This document shows, piece by piece, positions 1-11,000 of a stretch of DNA of 64,000 nt; positions within the stretch are counted from its first letter, which is position 1, and every line of letters begins with the position of its first letter. This DNA is from Gordius albopunctatus. Lineage: Eukaryota. Under the pieces are notes generated by a model that saw nothing but the letters and a program-made list of their open reading frames with translations, did not search any database and had not been told where the DNA came from. The stretch covers positions 124,001 through 188,000 of the forward strand of contig OZ193909.1 of NCBI GenBank assembly GCA_964276515.1, written 5' to 3'. The position numbers and the translations under genes are program-made.

Positions 1-257
1 GGCGGACATGATTAACGAAAATCGGCTAAGGTGGTATGGTCATATACTATGGAGGGATAGAAAAGTACTGGACATGGAGGTACCGAGGAAGAGAGGAAGA
101 GGACGCCCCCGTGTCACGTGGAAAGGGCAAGTCGATAAAGTTATGGAAACTAAAGAGATTAGTCAAGACATGGCACTCACCCGTTCAAGATGGAAGAAAC
201 TTATCAAAACAAACCCCACCAATGTGGGACCAAATAACTGATAAAGAAGAAGAAGAT
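1..257 (+). mobile_element. 3' end of an RTE-clade non-LTR retrotransposon, cut by the window edge
   Basis: Encodes RLRWYGHI...RGRGRPRVTW, the RTE C-terminal motif. Ends in an (AAG)n tail at about 244-257. Near-identical to 61934-62205. Confidence 0.92.
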
Positions 258-1219
258 TGTAATTCTTTAATCAAATTACCCGTCTGTGTTTTTAATCTTC
301 TAATCTTAATAAACTTCAACTTTAATCGTTTTCGTGTTTTTCTATAGTTTATTTATTAAGAGACGAGTTCAAAAGTGTAAAGATTAATCGTTGATTGATA
401 AAGTAAACACGTGAATAATGTGAAATATCGTGGTTAGATTATTTTTATTGTCTATCGATAGTAACCAATTTCCCGCCTTGTTATCTTCTCCACCAGGAAC
501 ATAGATGTATGTTATATATATATAGTAAATCAGTAGAAATTTAATTTGTGAAATATGCGATATAATACAATTTCGAATAAATTAATAAATTGTAAAACTC
601 TTAATGTGCGCAAAACAGGAGCCCAATTGCGCACCCGCACTCGCTCCCCTTCGTTATAAAAAAGTGCGCGCACCTCAACAACTCTGTTTATAAAATATGT
701 CTTTATTAAAATTTTAGAAATTAATGAGTTTGCGTGCATTTTGATTTTAATCACCTAGAATATAATTATTAATGATCAAACAGTTTCAATGTTAATATGA
801 TTTAGTTCCAATTAATACTTTTAATATAATTGTAAAATTCTCAAAACTTATCACGCTTAAATTTTGGTACTAATCCATACAACATAATTTAAACGAGTTA
901 AAATACCCGCTATTATATATTATTTGATCCTATTTCTAATTTGTGATCGCTGGCTGGCATAAATATGGACAGCAGGAACATTGCAACAAAATTAGTATGT
1001 ATAAAAGATGAAATAAAGTAAGAGCTCCTCCACACACAAACTGAACATCATAAGTAAGTAGCATTAAATGCCGAGGTACACTGTTTGTTTCAAGATTAAA
1101 TGCAATCAAACAGAATTGAAGATAGGGATTGTGGCGATTCAAAGATAGCGGCCTCTTTCTGTGAAAAGGATTTGCGATTCCACCATGCATGGCTATTGCT
1201 TGCTAGCTACTATTGCTCC

Positions 1220-4200
1220 TCAACTCATATTTGCCTCATTGTAGCGAAAATAGTTGATGAGCTGTTGTTGTACGATTTGTGGATTACTGCTCACAAATAC
1301 GAGTCCAGGGGTACCAGTTACCATACATTTCAGCGTATTGGTACATTTTGAAATAGCCGTATCGCCGTAATAATGAAGCCCTAGGACGGGACCTTTATTC
1401 AATAAATGAAACATAAAGATAATGGGCGTGCCAGTATTGGGATTAGGGGTAAGGATTTAGGGAAGGGTTGGCTACGATGCCCACGGTAAAGATGATCAAT
1501 ATAAATTCTAAAGTACGATATTCAACAACAATATGATATAGGCAAGTTAAAATATTGCTAAACAATACCGGCTGCTATGGTCCTTTCATAGTGACTCGAT
1601 CCAAATATACGCTGAGAGTCATTTTGGCTAATATCCAATTGGCGGGTTTGTATGAGTAAACATTCCGGCTATCAAATACATTACTTTTTTGATAGATAAA
1701 ACAAAAGTCTTACGTAACGTTGTTCCATTGCGGATATAAAGATTTTAGCGCGTTCGTCTATTTGACCATCCCAAAAAAAGACCACCAAGCAATGCTAATT
1801 TATTTATATACATATGTAAGTAAGCGTGTTTCGAAAAAAAATATTATAAAACTAACTTGAAAATTTTTTCCATCTACCACCTGGCGATCTGCAGCCCCAT
1901 TTTCTCTAGATAATTCGCACATGGGTAGTCCTTTAGTACTCAACACCAGAGATTCTTCTTTATTGATACTAATTGTGTTTAAAAAATCCTCGAAAGATCC
2001 TCCCAAACTTTTTAATATTATTTTTTGGGGAATTTCTTTGCAAATTAACGGTTGTGATCTTAGCTCGGTAGACGGATTCACAGAATCAGATTGACTAAAA
2101 CTCGGGGTTTCACTATTGGATCTATTATTTGCTATGCAAATCTCTTGAACTAATTGTTTTATATCTTTAGGTGGTATAAAATTTCCTAACTCTATCTTTG
2201 CCCTTTCCTAAATCATATAGAAGCGCTTTTGTTATATCACTTTTATATATAATATAAGAGTTTGCTGCTATCTTATTATTATCTCGTCAAAGTATAAAAG
2301 CGTTAATAAATAATAGAATATTTCAATTTTGACTGGTGAACAGATTATGAATTAATTTTTAAATTTTTTGGGAGTGCAATTATTAATCTTAGATTCTAAG
2401 GGTTGACGTGGGTGGCAGAGAATAGGCATGATGGAGGACCTGAAATAAGACTGGGAAAATAGTTTTCAGCTGATTTTAATGAGTGCCAACTCCTCATATG
2501 CTCTATCACGAAACAAATTAGGAAGGTAAATAAAAATCAATTAAAGTTGGTTATGAAAATTGATTGATTATTATTATTTTATCTCTACTAACTTAATATT
2601 GGTTTTGAAGTTAAATCACCTTTAAATGATGACAAAGCATAATTTGGGAGTTATAAAATTATATGACAGGAGAGTTGTACTTGAAAAAGTCTCAATGTGC
2701 AACAATGGTTATTACACATTTTAGAATATTGGCTGGCTTGAAAATGTAGTAGCACCACTAATATATAAATTTAAAGAAAACTCAAGATTTTATTCTGTAA
2801 TTCAACCCCCTGCTAAATATAAATTAACACTTCAATTGCAATGGTTCAGATAAAAAAAACTACACCTTAGGATGAGTATTTTGTGTCAACAAAACAATAC
2901 CCCTTACATAATATTTCAAGCTGGCTCTTTAAAAATATAACTTTTAAAAACAAAAATATTAAATGTAGCTTTCTATGGTTTTTTATTTGAAATCGTTGAT
3001 GTGCAAATGCAACACACTTTTTAAATGTAGATTCAACTAGCCTCTTGGCATATCTTACCCGCCCAAATTAACTATTTTCGACCCAATTGTCCACATAGCA
3101 AAAATAATAGACATTAAAATATAATTATTAATTTATAATACGGAGAGAATTAGAAATATGTCGTTTAATAAAAACTCAGAGTTAAAATATTGGGAAAACG
3201 TGTTGTTGTTATATACCACCGCGCAAATCTTAAATAGTATCAAATATCGCAGGGGCATAAAGTATTAGCGGCTAACAAGGATAAATCATGAATTAAACGA
3301 ACAGTTAAAGGAGAAATATGTGTGTGTTTTTTTCAAAGGGCATTGGTGCCCCCCGGTGGTAAAACTCGCCTAAAGAAATCTCGTGCAGGCAGGCAGGCAG
3401 GCAGGGGTTAAAATAGTTTAACCTAGTCTGCACCTGTATCTACCTGTTTGCCCCCTCCAACCATCGATACTCACGACCCCCTAGGATCGGCACAGCACCT
3501 TCTTCTTCTTTCTATGACTGCTTGTCACCTAGTCTGGTGGTCAGTCCTTTCAGCATTCGTTTCCATTTGTTTCTATGTTTACATAGATCTTTCTTTATCT
3601 TGTGGACTTTCATATCATGCCGTATTTTATGAATCCAGGTTAGCTTGGGTCTTCCTCTTCTTCGTCTTCCTGCGAAATTTATCATCTCGATTTTCTTTCC
3701 TACGTAGCTATCGTCCCTTCTTTCTACATGGCCATACCATCTTAGTCTATTTGTTAGGAGCTTTGTCGCAATTGATGTAGTCCCCAAAATTCTTCTTATT
3801 TCTTCATTTCGCCTATGGTCCTTTTTGCTTACTCCTAGCACCCATCTTAGCATTCTCATCTCCATGGCTGCAAGACGTTGCTCTTCTCTTTTACGTATAG
3901 CCCATGATTCCGAGCTATACAGGACTGTTGGCTGTATGATGCATTTATACAGTGCGCCTTTTAGTTTTCTCGGGATGTTTTTGTCACACAGAACACCTGT
4001 CAGGTCCCTCCACTTGAGCCATCCGGAATTTATCCTTGCTTGGATTTCTTTATCCATTCCACCATCCGATTGAAGTGTTGATCCTAAATATCCTAAAATA
4101 CTCAGCTTTATCCAAAACCTCCCTTTTTATTCCTATCATCTCGTCTTGCTCAGGGACGTTTGGGAAGAGCGCATTAACTTTTTTTAAAGAACTCAATAAA

Positions 4201-6663
4201 CGCTCGCCCCCTTCTAAAATATCGAATAGTTTCTTACTAAGACAATCAATTGCCATCGCGATCGCTAAATCCAATTTCTATTCTTTAATGGATTCAATAC
4301 CCATTCTTAAAGAAGATGAAGAAACGGATGATGTGTTTTAATCATTTTTTTATAAATGTTTTCGTTCTTGTATCTTTTTATTAATTCCACTCAATATTTA
4401 ATACTTTTTATTTAATAAATCATGTCAAAAAATTAAGAACTAAGAAATATAGTTAGTTCTGGCATGATTTGAATATAGTTTATGTAATTTTCTAGGAGTT
4501 GTAAATAAATCATATATTACCGATGACATTATATGCCAGCTTTGGCAACAATTTCTTTCGTTAAAATCGAAATCATGTACATCACTCCAAGAGTTATTGA
4601 AAGGATTTAATTTTGCAGCTTGAAATTGCTCTATAAAAATAAATTCCGGTATCGTTGAAAATAATATATTTTATTTAAAGGGAAAAATGTGATTAGATTT
4701 ATTTATAAAATTTGCTGACCTGAGAGCCCTTTGTAATTGTAACAGAAACATGCGAAATTAATGTTGTCAACGGATTCAATGGCGGGCCGAGTTAGAGTGA
4801 ATAACCAGATATCGATGTTTTTACAATCTCTCATTCGGAACTGGTGAGAAGCAGCCATTATTTTACAGTTTTCACAATTTCTCACATATATCCTAACGAA
4901 AAATGAGACAAATATGAGATACTTTTTGACATGTAATAAAGTATTACGTGTTTTTAGTTGGGGCCACGAATATGGTGCAATTTGAGCATTTGTCAATGAA
5001 AACGGAATCAGAATTGTCGTATATGAACAATTTAGAATTCTAAAGGAGGAGGCAGTTTAGATGAGGAGATGCATCATACATATATCACATCATCCTTATG
5101 AGTAAATTAAAAAATACAAACCTTGCATTTGTGGATAGCGAATTGATTGCCTTGCACACTATTGGGTAACTTGATACAAGATTCATCGGTTATATTTTCG
5201 AATCTGTGCTCTTTGGTAGTATTAGTGTGTCCACGTTTTTCCCTATAAACCATCACATGCCATATAATATAACTATCGAGGACTTAAAACTGTTAAAACA
5301 GGGTGATGTTCTTAATCTTCCCCGTGTTATTAAATTTACATTAACCAGGCCCTTCTTTCTCTCGCCCAACATGAGCTAAAATTTATTTTTGTTTGCGACC
5401 TTTTAAGCCTAGATATTACTACAATATAAATTCAAAATAGCTACTCCTAATAATAATCGGTGTCCTAAAAAGGTTTGTTTATTGCAACTTTGAATGCATA
5501 ACAATATCATCTATGCCCCCCCCTCCTTCATCCAGCTACACTCTCGCTCCACTGCTTCTCACTTCGAAACCACGTGAATTATTACCCTCCTAAATTACTT
5601 GGCGTCCTATATTATCATCATTACCTAATCATGGGCGTACCCAATCTAAAACCAAAAATTTGTTGAAATTTACTAATATTATGGCTAAGATTTTACCAAA
5701 ATCATCCTTTTGCCCCCCCCCTCTAATCCCAATGCTGGCTACGCATGTACATGTACCTAATTATTTACATATAAGAAGTGTGTCTCATCAATGTGAAATG
5801 CAAGAAACTTTGAAATAAAGGCTCGGTCTACTCTTATACAGCAAGGGATTCCGCATCGCATCAGGCCTAAGATTAGGATACAATATAGTTGCTGAACACA
5901 CTCGTTCACTTTGTAACAATACTGTGCAAAAATCTAGTAGCAATCATGGTCTGCTGCCTCCACTGTAATTTAATCGCATCAATGCCCGCCCCCGGTACGG
6001 TACCTTCGACATACCGCGGTAAATAAACTCATATATAACAACACCTATTTTAACAACGCTGATTTCCCTTCTTACATTCTTCAACCCACACACAACAGGG
6101 CTCTGTGAAGAGGACAAGCAAACTATAGGAGCTTGGGGAAAAGGAGTCAGTTTAGCAGGGGACAATCAATACATGTACCGACCGACCTATTTGCCCCCCA
6201 TCTAATCACAACAAAAATCCTCTCCCTTCAGCCGACCCACTTAAAATTTCAAAATATTCTCATCTTAACGATACTTTGCGGCAACCACTCTTACAACCTT
6301 TAGCCCCGAAGCTTAATAATTACGAAAAACAGGGCAAACCATTTCTTCACTATCCCATCATGATAATCGGGAATCGTTTTTAAGAATCTAGAAATTCGGC
6401 ATCACTATATATATAAATATAATTTATTAGAAATAAAGGAATGTTTCCCTAATATTTACAATTCTTATTCATTATCACAAAATCTTTATTTTTTAAAAAT
6501 AATAAATGGTTAGTGTATAAAAATAAGGGACTTACCAAGAAAATTTTCTCGTAGCTAAAGATTCGCCAAGACGTTTTAATCCACTTCCGCTATGATGTTG
6601 TTGATCGCCTTGCTTTTCTTTCCTTTTGTTAATCCTTATGTATTTTCCAAGTAGGCTACCCAT
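1220..6663 (-). CDS. RP2: Protein XRP2 / RP2 homolog (ARL3 GTPase-activating protein; TBCC beta-helix plus NDK-like domain), 9 exons
   Basis: Hand-spliced, phase-consistent GT-AG exons: 6663-6536, 5242-5122, 5039-4948, 4892-4720, 4630-4521, 2207-1857, 1794-1714, 1668-1569, 1392-1220. Translation MGSLLGK...KFSWEKR...KLPNSVQGNQFAIHKCKNSKLFIYD...IYVRNCENCKIMAASHQFRMRDC...PAIESVDNINFACF...FNNSWSDVHDF...CLVVFF...GPVLGLHYYGD...FVSSN...NMS* is collinear with human RP2 as recalled (QYSW, QQFRVRDC, PIIES, FNNTWSNIHDF, CLVVLF, GPVIAL). The arginine-finger QFR motif is retained. Confidence 0.9.
1421..1485. mobile_element. Decayed CATGGGCG-family MITE in the last RP2 intron
   Basis: Ends aatgggcgtgccag...ggctacgatgcccacg. 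Flanks ataaagat / gtaaagat give a 7/8 TSD match. Confidence 0.6.
3431..4430 (+). mobile_element. CRE-like non-LTR retrotransposon 3' remnant (3431-3498 and 4091-4430), split by an RTE insertion, in RP2 intron 5
   Basis: Aligns with 35039-35446: LFAPS...DPLGSA, GTFGKSALTFFKEL...LRQSIAIAIAKSN...DEETD, and a 3' UTR ending aataaatcatgtcaa. Confidence 0.85.
3499..4090 (-). mobile_element. 5'-truncated RTE retrotransposon of a second subfamily
   Basis: Encodes YLGSTLQSDGGMDKEIQARINSGWLKWR...LRWYGHVERR...RGRPKLTW. The (AAG)n tail reads cttcttcttctt at 3499-3510. No TSD is visible. Confidence 0.92.
5630..5753. mobile_element. CATGGGCG-family MITE in RP2 intron 1
   Basis: catgggcgta...ggctacgcatgtacatg flanked by a perfect 8-bp TSD tacctaat (5622-5629, 5754-5761). 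Confidence 0.8.
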
Positions 6664-8073
6664 CTCTGTTACCTCCTTATATGATTCACGTGATGAAATG
6701 TAATTCGTTGAAATGTTTTCGTTTTGTTAGACCTTATGACACATGACATTTTGTCACCTACATGTGTCGTCTGCCCAGGAATGTGTGGTGGAATATAGTA
6801 ATAATTGGAATTTAAAAAGATTCCTTAAGCGACCTCTCTAATAATAGTAAGAATGAAGTAGAAGAATCAATGCTGAGGATATCATCGAGGTCTAATTATA
6901 GGAACAACCGCCCTTAGCGAGAAAGTGAATCGAAGTGCATGTGCGCGTGAAACATAATTTGCAAAAATCGATACGTGAACGATGATGTATTGTTTGGGAG
7001 GCGGAGGAGGGAGGCAACGGGCTCGGTTGAAAATCAATAAATTAAGGCTCCTCCCATTTATCAGACTAGGCAGTCTCTTCCATTCGACTCATTTACTCGC
7101 ACCTCTCACTTCAATCACCGCGAATAGTAGGAAAAAATTAGAATGAAGAACTAATATCATCCTATTTAAATGATCTCCAATATAAATGATGTGAATTTGG
7201 GATTTTTTATCAATTAGTTACGGTTTCAAGTTTTATGTCGCGTTTAAGTCTTTGCTTTAAAAATAAAATAATAATAGCGTTAACACGATAAATTTATCAT
7301 CTTTTATATAAGGCCTTTCATTTGCAAATAACATTTAAATTGCCTCGTTTCAGAATGATCAATATATATTATTTGTTAAAAACTGGCTTATTGATTCTAA
7401 ACAGCATTGAATTTTATTTCATTTTTATAACTTAACTATATTGACTGCATTTGGTATTCTTTGGTAAATAAGAATTAATATACAAACAAAAAAAGTTGAA
7501 GTTTTAATTAAAAAATTTATTGAATATTAAATACATTAAAAATCATATTGAAGGAATTTTCATGATGCACATCAACGGGTTTAAAATGTATTGCTCCATC
7601 GTGCTAATGGGTAATGGCTAATGGTGTAACATGGCAACTCATTTCAATAATAACATAAATATCTCTGAATACAGTTTATATTATGTATGATGAAGACGGG
7701 CGGAATTATAAGGCGGCCAATTCAATATTTTCACAACTCCTCTAAACGTCCACATGACCAACATCTTGCATATATGATGTAAAACTAATTTTATTAAATA
7801 TATATAAAAACAGGAATAACAAATGTGTATAGGTATTATAACGTGGATAAAAGGGTGCAAGGAGTGCGAAAAAGGGTGGAGCGTGTGCAGGCTGACAAGT
7901 AGGCATCATCAAGCACAAGGTGATGATTTGCAAATGTCGTCCTTAATAAATTATTATTATAGTAGTAGTAAAAAATTGGAAAGTTGGCGTTCGCAGAGCA
8001 TGCATTTGTATAGCACCACATTGTTAAGGTATTTTGTTCTTAATTAGGGTACACAACCTTGGCTTGGTGCACG

Positions 8074-11000
8074 TCAGTGTATAGTGTGATTTCCGGATGG
8101 GTTAACTGAAAACCCCGACACCACGATTGGCCTCAATGATTTTACCGATTTGTAATTTAGTTTAAAATGAGGCAAGTCGCCGCTATTTTTATTGCATTCC
8201 ATGCTGGAAAAATCGATGACTCTGCAATTCTTGCCGATGACGGGAGGGCTCACATTTTTATCGTGGTAATTAACTGGTCCACGATCGGTCTCAGCTGGTA
8301 CAATGATGCGTGCTTCGTTACTAGCTTCCATAATTTCTATCATATCTTCATGAATCTACAAAAAAATTATTTCCAAATCAAAGCGAAATTGAATGATCTT
8401 CAAAGTTATTGTTTTATCCTATCCCTACAACTAATATCCATGGATAGTGAAGGTTAAAAGAGTATCAATTTGTTTTGAATATTTCATATTACAAATACCT
8501 CGTGTTTAGTGATAATAATGTATATGAAAAATAGTAAATTTTTGCATGTGGATATACTATATATCATCAAAAGATGTCACAAACCTCTGGATTTCCACAA
8601 AAAAGTTGCATCAATTCATCCTTTGATATACCAGTTTTTAGTCCTTTTATTGAAATTATTTTAGCACCCTTAACGTCGACATCGTATCCACTTTTACTCA
8701 TATCATCTGAACTAGTTCGGTATTCTTCGTTGGAATCGTCAGATTCATTCGTTAGCCCAGTGAGGTCAGCATCACTTGGTGACAGGGGCGGACTGGGGTA
8801 GGGTCCAGGTGGATAACCGATAAAATCGATGGGCGAGGAGTAAGGGGAAAACTTATGAAATCCGCGCCCTGTTTCATTCACGAGTGGACTGCTATTGATC
8901 CATTCATTGCTCATTATAGGATGAGGGTAATGCTGATACGGGTGCAGTGGTGGTATAGTATGCCCTCCGGCACCGTTGAGCAAATGTGGCGAAGTTACTA
9001 TAAAATGTAATAATCTATCATCTTGCTGTATTCAGCAGCCTTCTACTAGTGTTGTGAAAAGGGGAGGGTCTTGTTAGACCTTTGGGTTTAGTCGACCTTA
9101 AACATAAAGAGACACCAAAGGTCTGACTTAAAATCTTTGGTCTTCTTTCTATGTTTAAGGTCGACTAAACAACTAAAGCTCCCACCGTTTTAATATTTAT
9201 TATATCACTACCCAAATTACGTGTGGGTATAAATGTGAAGGGCGTCACAAATTGAGGAGAAACGTGGTGAGCCGGTCTATTAGGGAATCCACCAGATAAA
9301 ATGGTGTTCATATCATCACCGGAACACTGAAAAACTTCGATGTACCTCTGCTTTTTGCCATTTCTCATGTATTTGTTATGACAGAGCAAGGCTGCTTCCT
9401 GAGCCGCCGCCTCATCTTTCATTTGAATAAAGGATTCACCCGAAGGCTGACCCTTTAGATACACAAAAATATATACGTATAACTGCTGTGGCTACAAACG
9501 ACAGGTCATCAATATTTTATTAAGAATTTGTGAATAATCGATCTTGTAACGATATAAAATAATATTTAAGCTTTCTTCTAATTCCAAGTTTAAACCATGT
9601 TAACTACTATTTTATTATTATGTATGTGAAAAATAAGCTTTTCTTGGTACAATTACTTGAGCGTTAAAGATCATGTGTACACCTTGATAAATGATGGATT
9701 TTGCATGATCTCCCAAGAATTCAATCACGTGTTCTACTTTGGATTCAAACGGCAAACCGCGAAGCCGTATGCAATTCTTAAGATTACCTCGCGTCACAGA
9801 ACTCGATACGGGTGAATTTCCACCGCTTTGATGGTTGAAAGCTGTCGTCATTGGAGAAATAGGAGTGATATGAGGTGGTGAGCCATGCATTGTTGGAGGT
9901 AGCAAAGGAAGATTTAAACCATTTATATGTGATCGCCGATCTGCACCGTTTGTCATCGTAATTAATTCAGGTTGCGTCTTGCCTTCATCATTCAATAAAT
10001 TCGGGGCGCTATTAAATACGCACGCAAACATTGTCATTAATATGATTGCAATTATACCTAACCTATAGGAAACATAGAATTTACAAAAACCAATAATAAT
10101 TATTAATCCTATATAATCTCCTCCCTTTTTCACCTCCTTTTCAAGAGTCGTCTTGATTAATTAGGGTTTAGTATTTATCAGGATTATATATCCATCTAAA
10201 TCCTTCATAAATTACTATACTACGCCTAGGAGGTGCATGTATTATAGAAAGTCTTGTTTGTTAAGTCTTGTTAAACCACCATTGAAATTTGGAAGGCATG
10301 TAGAATAAAATTATCAATTGTACATACTAATAATTCTAGGATGCATTCTTTACATAGTTATAATTTCCATTAATTTTATAAAAAAGGTGTTAATTATTGT
10401 GCTACAAAATCAAATAAGAGCTACTTAAACATACAATAGGGCGTTATTAAAATAAAATAAAAAAATTTAATATAAAAAAAAATTGAACAAATAAAACGAT
10501 TAATCCCACCAGAACGTAAATTATTCATTTGAGCAATGTAGTAAAGGCATTTACCATGCACCCGTTATGTTGTATAGGCTCGGATGATAACCATTATCCG
10601 TGACACGCTGATGATTAAAACTGCCATCATTAAAGCCAATAGAAATATTAGCATGAGTATCAAATCCCGACACGTGAAAGGGCGCGACTGTACTGCGGGT
10701 GCCATTGTTTCTCGAGGCCGGAGATCGGGCCCTCTCACCATTCGGTCCACCATCAGTGAGGCCATAAGTTGGTGGGGGAGATGTTATGATAGGTATAAAC
10801 ATGGTAGAACCTGGAGTGTTTGTGAGATCGTAGGATTGATGATCGGTGGGTCCTCCAAGAACACCAGATCCGTAATAAGTGGAATAATGTGGGCCCGAAG
10901 GATAAACGAAAGCACCCGAAGCATTGGCTGAACCTCCTGCGACGGTAGGACCATTAGGTATCAAGATGACGTTATTGTAAGGTGGTCCGCAATTCGGTAA

